Below, in pieces: positions 37,025 through 45,314 of a stretch of 57,267 nt of DNA (position 1 is its first letter; each line of letters starts with the position of its first letter). Position numbers and translations under genes: made by a program. The notes beneath the pieces were generated by a model that was not told the origin of the DNA, did no database searches, and worked only from the letters and a program-made list of their open reading frames with translations. The DNA comes from Candidatus Berkelbacteria bacterium (GTDB lineage Bacteria; Patescibacteriota; UBA1384; 2-12-FULL-50-11): contig JANLIQ010000056.1 of NCBI GenBank assembly GCA_024654065.1, forward strand, positions 1 through 57,267. Reading direction: 5' to 3'.

Positions 37025-37800
37025 GAATGCCCCACGTTTGCATCCTACGCACCGATGGGACCAATTGTGACGAGGAGACAGCGACGGCTTTCCAGATGGC
37101 TGGGGCCGTCACCTCCTTTGTTCACGTCAACGAACTACGATCGAGAGACAAGTGCTTGGCCGACTTCCAGATTCTAGCCCTGTCTGGTGGCTTCTCTTAC
37201 GGCGACGACGTTGCCTCCGGTCAGATTCTAGCCAACGAGCTAGTCTCGAACTTAGGTGACGATATCCAACGATTCGTTGAGGCCAGCAAACCAATCTTGG
37301 GGATCTGCAACGGATTCCAGGTATTGATTCGAACTGGCCTGCTACCGTTTGGACAGCTCGGCAAAGTTTGCGCCACCCTGACCAACAACGAGTCGGGAAG
37401 ATTCGAATGCCGTTGGGTTAAGATGGTGACAGAGAACGAGCCGGGCTGTGTCTTTCGCCCATTTCTGATCTGGGAAGCAATTAATCTTCCCGTAGCGCAT
37501 GGTGAGGGTCGTTTCTTCGCCGAACCTGCGACACTCGAAGAAATAGAACGACAGAACCTGGTCGTCCTACGATACTCGCACGAAGGCGAACCAACAATGG
37601 AGTTCCCGTACAATCCAAATGGTTCGGTCAACTCGATAGCCGGGATCTGCGACCCCAGCGGTTGCATTTTCGGCATGATGCCTCACCCCGAGCGCTTCAC
37701 CAGGAAAGTCCACTTTCCCAACTGGCGACGAGGCGACTTCAACAAGCCGGATGGCTTGCAGTTCTTCGCCTCGGCCGTCAACTACGCAGCCCAACTTTAA
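37021..37800 (+). CDS. purQ: FGAM synthase glutaminase subunit PurQ
   Basis: Class I amidotransferase with nucleophile context GICNGFQ and C-terminal MMPHPER. The start overlaps the purL stop (ATGA). Confidence 0.9.
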   Translation: MRMPHVCILRTDGTNCDEETATAFQMAGAVTSFVHVNELRSRDKCLADFQILALSGGFSYGDDVASGQILANELVSNLGDDIQRFVEASKPILGICNGFQVLIRTGLLPFGQLGKVCATLTNNESGRFECRWVKMVTENEPGCVFRPFLIWEAINLPVAHGEGRFFAEPATLEEIERQNLVVLRYSHEGEPTMEFPYNPNGSVNSIAGICDPSGCIFGMMPHPERFTRKVHFPNWRRGDFNKPDGLQFFASAVNYAAQL

Positions 37801-37812
37801 CTCTTTGAGTTC

Positions 37813-37840
37813 GCGGCGCCGCAAGGCGCCGCACCTTTTT
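37813..37840 (+). terminator. Rho-independent terminator after purQ
   Basis: Perfect 8-bp GC stem GCGGCGCC-GCAA-GGCGCCGC followed by ACCTTTTT. Confidence 0.75.
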
Positions 37841-37889
37841 ACTCCAGTGGAGGTTGCCTTCCGAGCCAATTTGGGCGACGCTATAGTAA

Positions 37890-38300
37890 ATGAGACGCAG
37901 TTTTACCCTAATTGAAGTTCTGACAGTTATAGCAATAATTGGCATTTTAGCATCACTGGGAGCGTACACTTACGCTGCATCTTTGACACGCTCCCGAGAT
38001 AGTCAAAGAATTGCCGATTTACAATTCATCCGTAATGGCCTGGAGCAATTTTATGTAGACAACCGGGGCTATCCACTTTTTGATGCCGACAAGAATTTAC
38101 CTCAAGCATCTTGGCAGCTAGAAGATAGTTATGCTTGCCATATAATCACAAAAAAATACTTAGCACCAAAATATTTAGCTAATGTTCCCCAAGATCCCTC
38201 ATCTAAGTTCAGCATTAATAGCGGCGACTGTGCACCGAGTGCCTACGGCCAGTATCTCTACTACGGTTTGCCCAAAGCAACTAGTAAGACTGGCTTTTAA
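37890..38300 (+). CDS. Type IV pilin/pseudopilin (prepilin-type N-terminal methylation domain); the frame continues past an in-frame TAA to 38477
   Basis: The N-terminus MRRSFTLIEVLTVIAIIGILASL is a class III signal peptide with Glu at position 5 after the cleavage site. The ORF stops at TAA 38298-38300, but the same frame reads on for 57 more codons, including a Cys-x12-Cys loop. Confidence 0.75.
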   Translation: MRRSFTLIEVLTVIAIIGILASLGAYTYAASLTRSRDSQRIADLQFIRNGLEQFYVDNRGYPLFDADKNLPQASWQLEDSYACHIITKKYLAPKYLANVPQDPSSKFSINSGDCAPSAYGQYLYYGLPKATSKTGF

Positions 38301-38473
38301 CTTATGGCTAGGATGGAACGCACCTTAAATATTAATTACATCGGCCCAATCACCCAATTAGTGGACGAGTACACTTTGGGCGGCTTTCTTCGCCTGTTTT
38401 GTAATACCCAAGACTTTTCGTCTAATCCGACTAGTTGCTCCCAGAACTACTTCGTCACCAATTCCAAAAACAA

Positions 38474-39985
38474 CTAATCCCCAACGCGGACGATACCAGA
38501 TTTAACAGCAAACTTTTTCGTAACGTTGAAAACAGTAAAGGGCTTATTAAACATCATTCGTGTCTGCGAGTCGATGGCAGGTATTGCCGAGAATAATATG
38601 CCGGAAATCGGTAACATCAGCGGCGCAAAAATCCATTCCTTTACTAAGGTTAGGATATAAATGGCCCGGCTCCCTGGTCGCGGCGGAACAATCATCGACG
38701 CAATTGCCATGGTTGATATCATACCGATCCAAGCAGCAAGTAAGAACGCTCGGTAAACAATTGGAAAATTGTATCCCAAGACTGAGTTCTGGAATTCAAC
38801 ATCAAGCACTCCTGGCAACCAACCGATTAGCAAAATAAATGATTGGGTGGCTAAGCTCCAATGAGATTCAAATAACCTACCGAACTGAAGCCATTTGTAG
38901 AAAAATGGAATGGAGCCATTTCTAAAGGAACGAGAAAAAACATACGGTACGTCAGATACCCCCCAAAACCAACGACGACGCTGAAGGTACTGCTCACGAA
39001 AAGTATTGTAAAGATTTTCTCCTTGGACAGCGTCCATATATACAGGTACAAAGATCGGCACGATATGATGGTTGCCATTAAATTTAAAGTACGACCGCCA
39101 GTACTGGTGACCGTCCTCAACGATTGTTTCCACCGACCAAAAATCTGTTTCGACCAAAGCCTTTAAGCTTTGGGAGTGGGCAGAAAAATTTCGGGCATGA
39201 TGTGGTCTCATTGCTTGGATCATCTGCCAGAAACTAGACCCCATCGCCGTCATCTTTACGGCCAGAGGAACTTGCCAGACGTTATTGAAGAACATTGGCA
39301 GGGGCTGGAAACTCTTGTGGTGCGGATCAGGTTCGTTCAAAAATGCCCAAGAAACATTACCAAAATAGTTTTCGTCAACTCTGTTATCGGCATCTAGCGT
39401 AGTTACTACGACATCATCACGGTCAATTTTTCTATTGTCTATGTACTCTAAGGCTCTCCTAGCTGCCCAAGTGATGTTTGGCCCCTTACCTCGGACCTCG
39501 CCTGGGATATCGCTAGGATGGAAAGTTGTAAGTATACCTCCAAATGAATGTTCGAATTCGTGCAAAATTGTTTTAGCATAACCTGGGGCTAATTCCTTCT
39601 CTCTTTCCTCAAAGGCCACAACCACGATCAACTTTTCACAGGGATAGTTACTATTTTTTATTGCTCCCAGAGTATGTCGTAAAATCGAGATATCTTCCTT
39701 ATAGGTAGGGACAAACGCTAAGTGGTAGATTTTTTCCCATCTATCAGGAAAGTCTGACTTCAAACGTACCTGCCAATCCATTTTCTGTTCGCGACGGTAA
39801 CGAAAGAAACCTGCTATTAGATAGCTGGTCATAATAATAATTCGCACCACCCAGTAGACAGCATAGAGCAAGACAAAAGTCGCAACGAAATGTGGAGAAA
39901 TTCGCACCAGTAGTAGTAAGCCAACGATTGTTACCCAAGTTGTTAGGCCAGGGATAATCTCCCACACCCTTCTGCTCAAACTCAT
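38474..39985 (-). CDS. Membrane-embedded processive family-2 glycosyltransferase (cellulose/chitin-synthase-like)
   Basis: Has the DxD motif (TLDADNRVD) and Q(R/Q)xRW (LQRRRWFWG), flanked by multiple TM helices. Confidence 0.8.
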   Translation of the reverse strand: MSLSRRVWEIIPGLTTWVTIVGLLLLVRISPHFVATFVLLYAVYWVVRIIIMTSYLIAGFFRYRREQKMDWQVRLKSDFPDRWEKIYHLAFVPTYKEDISILRHTLGAIKNSNYPCEKLIVVVAFEEREKELAPGYAKTILHEFEHSFGGILTTFHPSDIPGEVRGKGPNITWAARRALEYIDNRKIDRDDVVVTTLDADNRVDENYFGNVSWAFLNEPDPHHKSFQPLPMFFNNVWQVPLAVKMTAMGSSFWQMIQAMRPHHARNFSAHSQSLKALVETDFWSVETIVEDGHQYWRSYFKFNGNHHIVPIFVPVYMDAVQGENLYNTFREQYLQRRRWFWGVSDVPYVFSRSFRNGSIPFFYKWLQFGRLFESHWSLATQSFILLIGWLPGVLDVEFQNSVLGYNFPIVYRAFLLAAWIGMISTMAIASMIVPPRPGSRAIYILTLVKEWIFAPLMLPISGILFSAIPAIDSQTRMMFNKPFTVFNVTKKFAVKSGIVRVGD

Positions 39986-39986
39986 G

Positions 39987-40295
39987 CTAAATTTGAGGTC
40001 CCGTAGCTAGGCTAATCAGGTAGAATATAGTCACAATTACCTCCATAGTAACTAGAAAGATTAAGGACAACACTCCCATCTTAGCGCTAATGCGATCGGT
40101 AAAAAAGAAAAGTAAGCTATCTACGGCGTAAAGAATAACTAACTGTTTGAAGACAGTCCACTCATTAGGCTCGACTACCCTAGCCAATAAAAAGACGACT
40201 ACTAAGCCAACTGTAATAAAGAGCCACCAAAATCTAAGTTTACTAGCTGGATCATACCTTATAGTGTGGAAGTATTCAGAGAATCTTTTCATCAA
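39987..40295 (-). CDS. Small 3-TM membrane protein (hypothetical)
   Basis: 102-aa hydrophobic ORF packed between the GH130 and GT2 genes, with overlap or abutment on both sides. Confidence 0.45.
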   Translation of the reverse strand: MMKRFSEYFHTIRYDPASKLRFWWLFITVGLVVVFLLARVVEPNEWTVFKQLVILYAVDSLLFFFTDRISAKMGVLSLIFLVTMEVIVTIFYLISLATGPQI

Positions 40296-41202
40296 GTGAA
40301 GACATGATACTCTCTAAGGGGATTTTCGCTAGACCAATAACCTTGTCTGCACCTCCGTAATAAAGACGGATCTTGCCGTGAGCTACCAAAGCACCGGTTG
40401 GAAAAATAACGTTGTTTATTACGCCACGTCTTTCCCAGTCAAAATGCGGAGACATAATAGGATATTTAGTTCTTTTTAAAATCACTGCTGGGTTTTCTTT
40501 AGCCAGCAGAACTGCTCCGAGCGAGTAGGTGTAGTTGGTAGATACGCCGTGATAGAGAAGTAGCCAACCTTCTTCAATTTCTATTGGGGGACAAGCAGCA
40601 CCAATCTTCTTCTCCTCCCAGGATTCTTTTGAGCTCATCATCTCAATATTGCCTTCCCATTTTTTCAGATCCTTCGATCTGGCAATGAAGATACTGGGGT
40701 CAACCCGATGGATCAACCAGTAGAAACCAAGATGACGCGCCGGAATTAATACTGCGTCTTTGCTATCAAGATCTGGGATGATGACCCCTAGTCTCTGGAA
40801 TGATCTCATGTCTCTAGTTTTAAGAGCACTGACCCGAACTCGCCATGGAGTGTGAGCTGGATTGAGCGGCTGGTTTATGGGTTTAGTACCCGCGGGGTAG
40901 ACCGAAGCGGCAGTGTATGTAATAAAAATATCTCGACCAATAACGGTAGCACGGGGATCTTCAACTCCTAGACGCTCATAGGGATTGTTGGGATCACCTT
41001 CGAAAATGGGTTCATCGAAGCGAGTGAAGGTTTCACCATCTTCTGAAATTGCTAAACCAAACCTTGAGATGTGATCAGCACCAACGGCACGGTAGAGTAG
41101 GTGAATTTTTCCACCAATCTCGACCACGGCCGGATTGAGAACGCCTCCCTTCTCCCACCAAATATCCCTGGGCTCAAGTACGACTTGTCGTGGGAATTCC
41201 AT
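40276..41202 (-). CDS. GH130-family glycoside phosphorylase/hydrolase (DUF377, beta-mannoside-phosphorylase-like)
   Basis: Has VLNPAVVEIGGKIHLLYRAVG, GVEDPR, LLYHGV and the C-terminal YYGGADKVIGLA motif, the five-bladed beta-propeller GH130 pattern. Confidence 0.75.
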   Translation of the reverse strand: MEFPRQVVLEPRDIWWEKGGVLNPAVVEIGGKIHLLYRAVGADHISRFGLAISEDGETFTRFDEPIFEGDPNNPYERLGVEDPRATVIGRDIFITYTAASVYPAGTKPINQPLNPAHTPWRVRVSALKTRDMRSFQRLGVIIPDLDSKDAVLIPARHLGFYWLIHRVDPSIFIARSKDLKKWEGNIEMMSSKESWEEKKIGAACPPIEIEEGWLLLYHGVSTNYTYSLGAVLLAKENPAVILKRTKYPIMSPHFDWERRGVINNVIFPTGALVAHGKIRLYYGGADKVIGLAKIPLESIMSSLDEKIL

Positions 41203-41264
41203 GAGCTAAATATACCTGAAATACACCCTCTTGCCACTCGGGTTAAAAGCACTATCATGAAGTC

Positions 41265-42401
41265 ATGAAGGTGGCCTTACGACTGCTTGCGATAGGACTG
41301 TTGATTGCGGCCTTTGTTTTGCCAGTTCGAGCAGCAGACTTCCGCTCCAGTGAGCAACCTGTTTCCATAAGTCAAACCGAGAAGCCTCACGACCTCCATT
41401 TAGCTGGTCGAAATATCATTGTTGACGCTAATACTACCGGTGACTTGGTGCTTGCTGGTGAAACTATTCTTTCAAACGGTGAAGTTGAAAACAGTCTGTT
41501 TATAGCCGGAGGTACCGTTACTGTTCGCAGCCACGTTTTGCACCACGTCCGGATCGCTGGTGGTACCGTCACACTTTCAGGCAAAGTTGACGGAGATGTT
41601 TTTATCGCCGGGGGTGACGTTACTTTTGCTGATACGGTCGAGATTGGTGGCGGAGTATATGTTGCCAGCGGAACTCTTAAGGTTGCAGGAAAGGTAAACG
41701 GTGAGTTGCGCGTTGGTAGCGGAACTATTGTCATTGACGGAATTGTGGGCTCGGCTAATCTTTACGGAGAAGATATTAGTCTAACAAGCAAGGTCAGAGT
41801 GAACGGCAATTTTGATTACCATTCTTCAAAGACAGCCGATATTGATCCTGCTGCTGTCATAACCGGAAAAACCACTTACACCAAATACACTGGGTCTCAA
41901 TTTGATAAATACGGAATTATTTTCGGTAGCTTCTTAACTCTTGGATACTTACTACGAATTATTGGAGCTATCCTTCTGGGCTGGCTCTTGATCAGCTTAT
42001 GGCCACGGACTTCGCGCAAGGTAATTGATTTTGCTTTTGGTTCACCGCTACCTTCAATCGGTTACGGCTTACTAACTTTAATAGGAGTATTGTTTACGGT
42101 GATGATTCTGTTTCTCACAATAGTTGGTACGAGTGTGGCTAGTCTGGTGTTTGCTTTATGGCTAGTAGCTCTCATGGTTGGTTCAATATTTGGCAAAATT
42201 CTTCTTGGAAGCTGGCTGTATCGTATGTTCAAACGGGAAGCAGGTTACCAGATAACAATTGGTACAGTGTCACTAGGCGTAATCGCTGGCTCAATACTAA
42301 TATTCCTACCAGTTATTGGGCCGTTTGTTGTCTTTGTACTCTTCCTGCTTGGCGTTGGTTCTGTTTTCAACCTAATTGTCCGCTCCAAGGAAGCTGCCTA
42401 A
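41265..42401 (+). CDS. Membrane protein with extracytoplasmic bactofilin-like (polymer-forming beta-helix) repeats and a C-terminal polytopic domain
   Basis: Signal peptide followed by repeated G(D/E)L/V..AG..V.(I/V).G motifs (GDLVLAGETILSNGEVENSLFIAGGTVTV...GDVFIAGGDVTF...), then about 5 TM helices. Confidence 0.55.
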   Translation: MKVALRLLAIGLLIAAFVLPVRAADFRSSEQPVSISQTEKPHDLHLAGRNIIVDANTTGDLVLAGETILSNGEVENSLFIAGGTVTVRSHVLHHVRIAGGTVTLSGKVDGDVFIAGGDVTFADTVEIGGGVYVASGTLKVAGKVNGELRVGSGTIVIDGIVGSANLYGEDISLTSKVRVNGNFDYHSSKTADIDPAAVITGKTTYTKYTGSQFDKYGIIFGSFLTLGYLLRIIGAILLGWLLISLWPRTSRKVIDFAFGSPLPSIGYGLLTLIGVLFTVMILFLTIVGTSVASLVFALWLVALMVGSIFGKILLGSWLYRMFKREAGYQITIGTVSLGVIAGSILIFLPVIGPFVVFVLFLLGVGSVFNLIVRSKEAA

Positions 42402-42402
42402 T

Positions 42403-44502
42403 CTAGTCAGGTAGGTAACGACGGAAACGTCGACCACGAAAAGACAGTAACCCAGCCAGCAAGCTAACAATACTCATAGAAATCGTTCGGCTGTCATTAT
42501 TGCCGCCGTTGCTTTGGACGCCAGAGACAATTACTGGAACTTCATCGGGCTTTGATGATCCCGCAACTGTTGAAATTGGTTTTGAGCTGACCACCGGAGT
42601 TGGAGTGGTCGCTTTCTTAGTAACAACAGATTTCTTTGGCGTGGTAGTGCCGGAATTGCTAGTAGTTGGGGCCGTAGTGGCAGAGGCGGCTGGCTGACTA
42701 CGAGATACCAGCTGGTAATCCGTAGATAAGGCCCAAGCTTCGAATGACCCGGAAGCACTGTTCCAGTCGATTACAGCAGGAACAATTAGTTGGTCATCTT
42801 TCTGAAAAACCGTCTTGGCCCCAATGAAATGCAGCTTCAAGCTTCCTAGTGTCAGGTAGTCAGTGTCAGTACCCATAACCATGCCCTTCAACTGGACGCT
42901 CTGGCCTTGATAATTGATGGCCTCGTCAGAACTAACTATCGGTTGAGTCCAGCTCGCCTGGCTACCCAAATCCAAATCCCCGAGCGTGTTTAGTAGCACT
43001 CGTTTAGTTTGGCTACTACTAATCTCGCCGGTGACCACGGCTTTAACTTTCATCTGGGTCGGCAGAAGACCATTGGTCTGACTAAGAAAAATTTGTATAC
43101 CACCTGTTGTGTCTTCGAGGTAGAGAACCTCGTTGTCGACCACTTTTGGTCCGACGGTAATAACCCCTGAAATTTCAACCAAACTACCAGCAGGAAGGGT
43201 GCGGGTTTGGCCAATTGTCGGCGATAAGGTTGGTTTCGTTGGTAAGGTAATGCGATTCCAGTGGATAAAGTCTGTCGTTTTGTACAAATTAACATTACCG
43301 TTACCCGATTGGGTGATAACCGAGATGAAGCTGGTCACTTGGCCGATTTCAACTGCCTGTATAGGCGAGGTCGTAGACGACCAAGGATTAACTTTAGTAA
43401 ATGTAGTCGAGCCTGTTGGGGCAAATTGAGTCAGGGATCCCGTATTCCAAACCAGTACTCCTAATGGCGTTTGACGAGAGGCAGTAAACCCACCGGCACT
43501 TGTGATTAACTGCCACTGACCGGCAATTGATGAAACCTGCGGAGACGCACCGTTAATCATCAGGTTTTTTGAACCGCTAATCGGCATAACCATTCCAGAA
43601 TTGGTGTCGTTTAGCTCGACCAACAGTGGTGTATTAGATTGCCAAATTAGTTCCTTCCAATTACTCTCTGTTTTCTTGAAAAGGATGCGGTTACCGCTAA
43701 CTACTGTTTGATCAATCTCAGTGGCAGCAAGCGTTGGAAGTTGAATGTCAGTCTCAATGCCATCTCTCCAGATATGGAAGAGATGATCATCTGCCTTATC
43801 CCAACCAGCCAATATCTCCTCAGATGAGTAGATATCACGAACATAGGCAATGTTTAATCTGGTCCATTGGTTGCCCGTAGCCCTTCGAATTACAGTCCCA
43901 TCCTGGCAGTACACTCCGATAACCGGAACTTCGATTACGCGAGATTGATTGCAGTTAAAGTGTGATTCAAGTTGCCAACCGCGAAGATTACTAAAGACCG
44001 AAACATTTGAATTCGTTTGTTGGATATATAGCAAATCTCCGTCAGACTCAACGATTCGGGTAAGGTCATTTCTTGAGCCCAATAATGGTGGCGCAATCTT
44101 CTCCATCTGACCCCCGGGCTGATAAACGACTAGACTAACTTCTGCGCTATCTTGCCGATAAACAACTAGATTACTGGCAGTTTGCTTGAGAACGATCTCC
44201 TCTGCTGGAGCAATATCAGCTACCTGGACAAAATTAAGTAAATTACCCTGTCGAAATAGGTGTTTTTCTGTTCCTGCCTCAACGACTAGCCAAATATGAC
44301 CGTCAAAACTAATTGACTGCAATATTTTTGTCTCTGATGGCAAAGCAACCAACTGCCACGGACGACTATCCAATTTCTGTCGATAAACTCCGTTATTGGC
44401 ACTGAAGAAGAGGTCGGTATTTCGATTAAAATCGTGAGCAGAAGTCGAGACGGGCCAAAGGAGTAGGGACAGCAGGGCTAAAAAGAGGCTACTCTTCTTC
44501 AT
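42403..44502 (-). CDS. Large secreted, C-terminally anchored surface protein (hypothetical) with two OB-fold-like modules
   Basis: 699 aa with a signal peptide (LALLSLLLWPVSTSA). Two modules fit the pattern G..V.(I/V).G.(I/V).......(L/F).(L/Q)D..GGI.(I/V). These are followed by an S/T/P-rich linker, a TM helix and an RRFRR tail. Confidence 0.55.
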   Translation of the reverse strand: MKKSSLFLALLSLLLWPVSTSAHDFNRNTDLFFSANNGVYRQKLDSRPWQLVALPSETKILQSISFDGHIWLVVEAGTEKHLFRQGNLLNFVQVADIAPAEEIVLKQTASNLVVYRQDSAEVSLVVYQPGGQMEKIAPPLLGSRNDLTRIVESDGDLLYIQQTNSNVSVFSNLRGWQLESHFNCNQSRVIEVPVIGVYCQDGTVIRRATGNQWTRLNIAYVRDIYSSEEILAGWDKADDHLFHIWRDGIETDIQLPTLAATEIDQTVVSGNRILFKKTESNWKELIWQSNTPLLVELNDTNSGMVMPISGSKNLMINGASPQVSSIAGQWQLITSAGGFTASRQTPLGVLVWNTGSLTQFAPTGSTTFTKVNPWSSTTSPIQAVEIGQVTSFISVITQSGNGNVNLYKTTDFIHWNRITLPTKPTLSPTIGQTRTLPAGSLVEISGVITVGPKVVDNEVLYLEDTTGGIQIFLSQTNGLLPTQMKVKAVVTGEISSSQTKRVLLNTLGDLDLGSQASWTQPIVSSDEAINYQGQSVQLKGMVMGTDTDYLTLGSLKLHFIGAKTVFQKDDQLIVPAVIDWNSASGSFEAWALSTDYQLVSRSQPAASATTAPTTSNSGTTTPKKSVVTKKATTPTPVVSSKPISTVAGSSKPDEVPVIVSGVQSNGGNNDSRTISMSIVSLLAGLLSFRGRRFRRYLPD

Positions 44503-45085
44503 TAACGAGCTTGCGATGTAGTTCCAGGATTACCCTTGCTATCCGGTTAGGATCGGGGATATCACTAATACTGAAGTAGCCTTGTAAACCGTGCCTCATT
44601 TTATTGTCGGAAGTACCCTCACCAGCCGTTTCTACCGTCAGAGTTCCAAAGTTAAAGTAACTTCGTAGAACACCGTCCATGTTAGCCGAGACATCCTGTA
44701 CTTGGTGCAGGTTTAATTCAGATACTTCCCGCGCCAATAACCCTTTTTGGTTAACATTTAGAATTCTTTCTCCAGTAATAAAAATAACGTCGTAGTAGAA
44801 ATCTAACCAGCTACCGAAAAGGAATGTTAAGAGAAATAAGTAGTAGCCGGACAGACCCATAACTAGAAAACTGTGATACTGCGAAAATTGGTTAACCACT
44901 AAGAGCTTGCCAACGAATATTAGCAATGCCGGGAAAATAAACATTGCTAGAAACAAGCCTATTGTAGCTAAGAATCCGGCCCAATGATGGCGAACCACAA
45001 AGAGAATCTGTTCATCTGTATGTAGATTTAGATACAGAAACGCCTGGTCGTTGGCATCAACTTCTTCGTCTATTAAGTGACTCAT
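44489..45085 (-). CDS. Bacterial PH-domain (bPH_2/YdbT-like) membrane protein
   Basis: Two TM helices followed by ...GERILNVNQKGLLAREVSELNLHQVQDVS...FGTLTVETAG, the bPH_2 pattern. Confidence 0.55.
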   Translation of the reverse strand: MSHLIDEEVDANDQAFLYLNLHTDEQILFVVRHHWAGFLATIGLFLAMFIFPALLIFVGKLLVVNQFSQYHSFLVMGLSGYYLFLLTFLFGSWLDFYYDVIFITGERILNVNQKGLLAREVSELNLHQVQDVSANMDGVLRSYFNFGTLTVETAGEGTSDNKMRHGLQGYFSISDIPDPNRIARVILELHRKLVNEEE

Positions 45086-45288
45086 AATAATGAGCTGATT
45101 CCTAAGTAAAGAGAGCTAACCACTAGGATGGTCAGGATAAGTGCTAAGTGAATAATTAAGACAGGGATCGAAGCATCTCCCGGTAGACGATACTTGAAGA
45201 CCTGAAAGAAATAAAGAAGGTTAATAATCAAGATCAGCAGTAAGAATCCCGCATAAACCGCCAAAACTATTACGTTGGACAGTGACAT
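45082..45288 (-). CDS. Small 2-TM membrane protein (hypothetical)
   Basis: 68-aa hydrophobic ORF whose stop overlaps the start of the PH-domain gene. Confidence 0.4.
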   Translation of the reverse strand: MSLSNVIVLAVYAGFLLLILIINLLYFFQVFKYRLPGDASIPVLIIHLALILTILVVSSLYLGISSLL

Positions 45289-45314
45289 GACTTAACAGTA
45301 TCGCAAGAGGCGCT

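Noticed and set aside
33760-38300. Stop-codon reassignment (TAG or TAA read as sense) as the explanation for the two in-frame stops.
   Set aside because: All three stop codons terminate conserved genes at the expected positions in this window. Examples: TAG ends secA, TGA ends purL, and TAA ends ychF, smpB and thrS. Isolated nonsense mutations or errors are more parsimonious.
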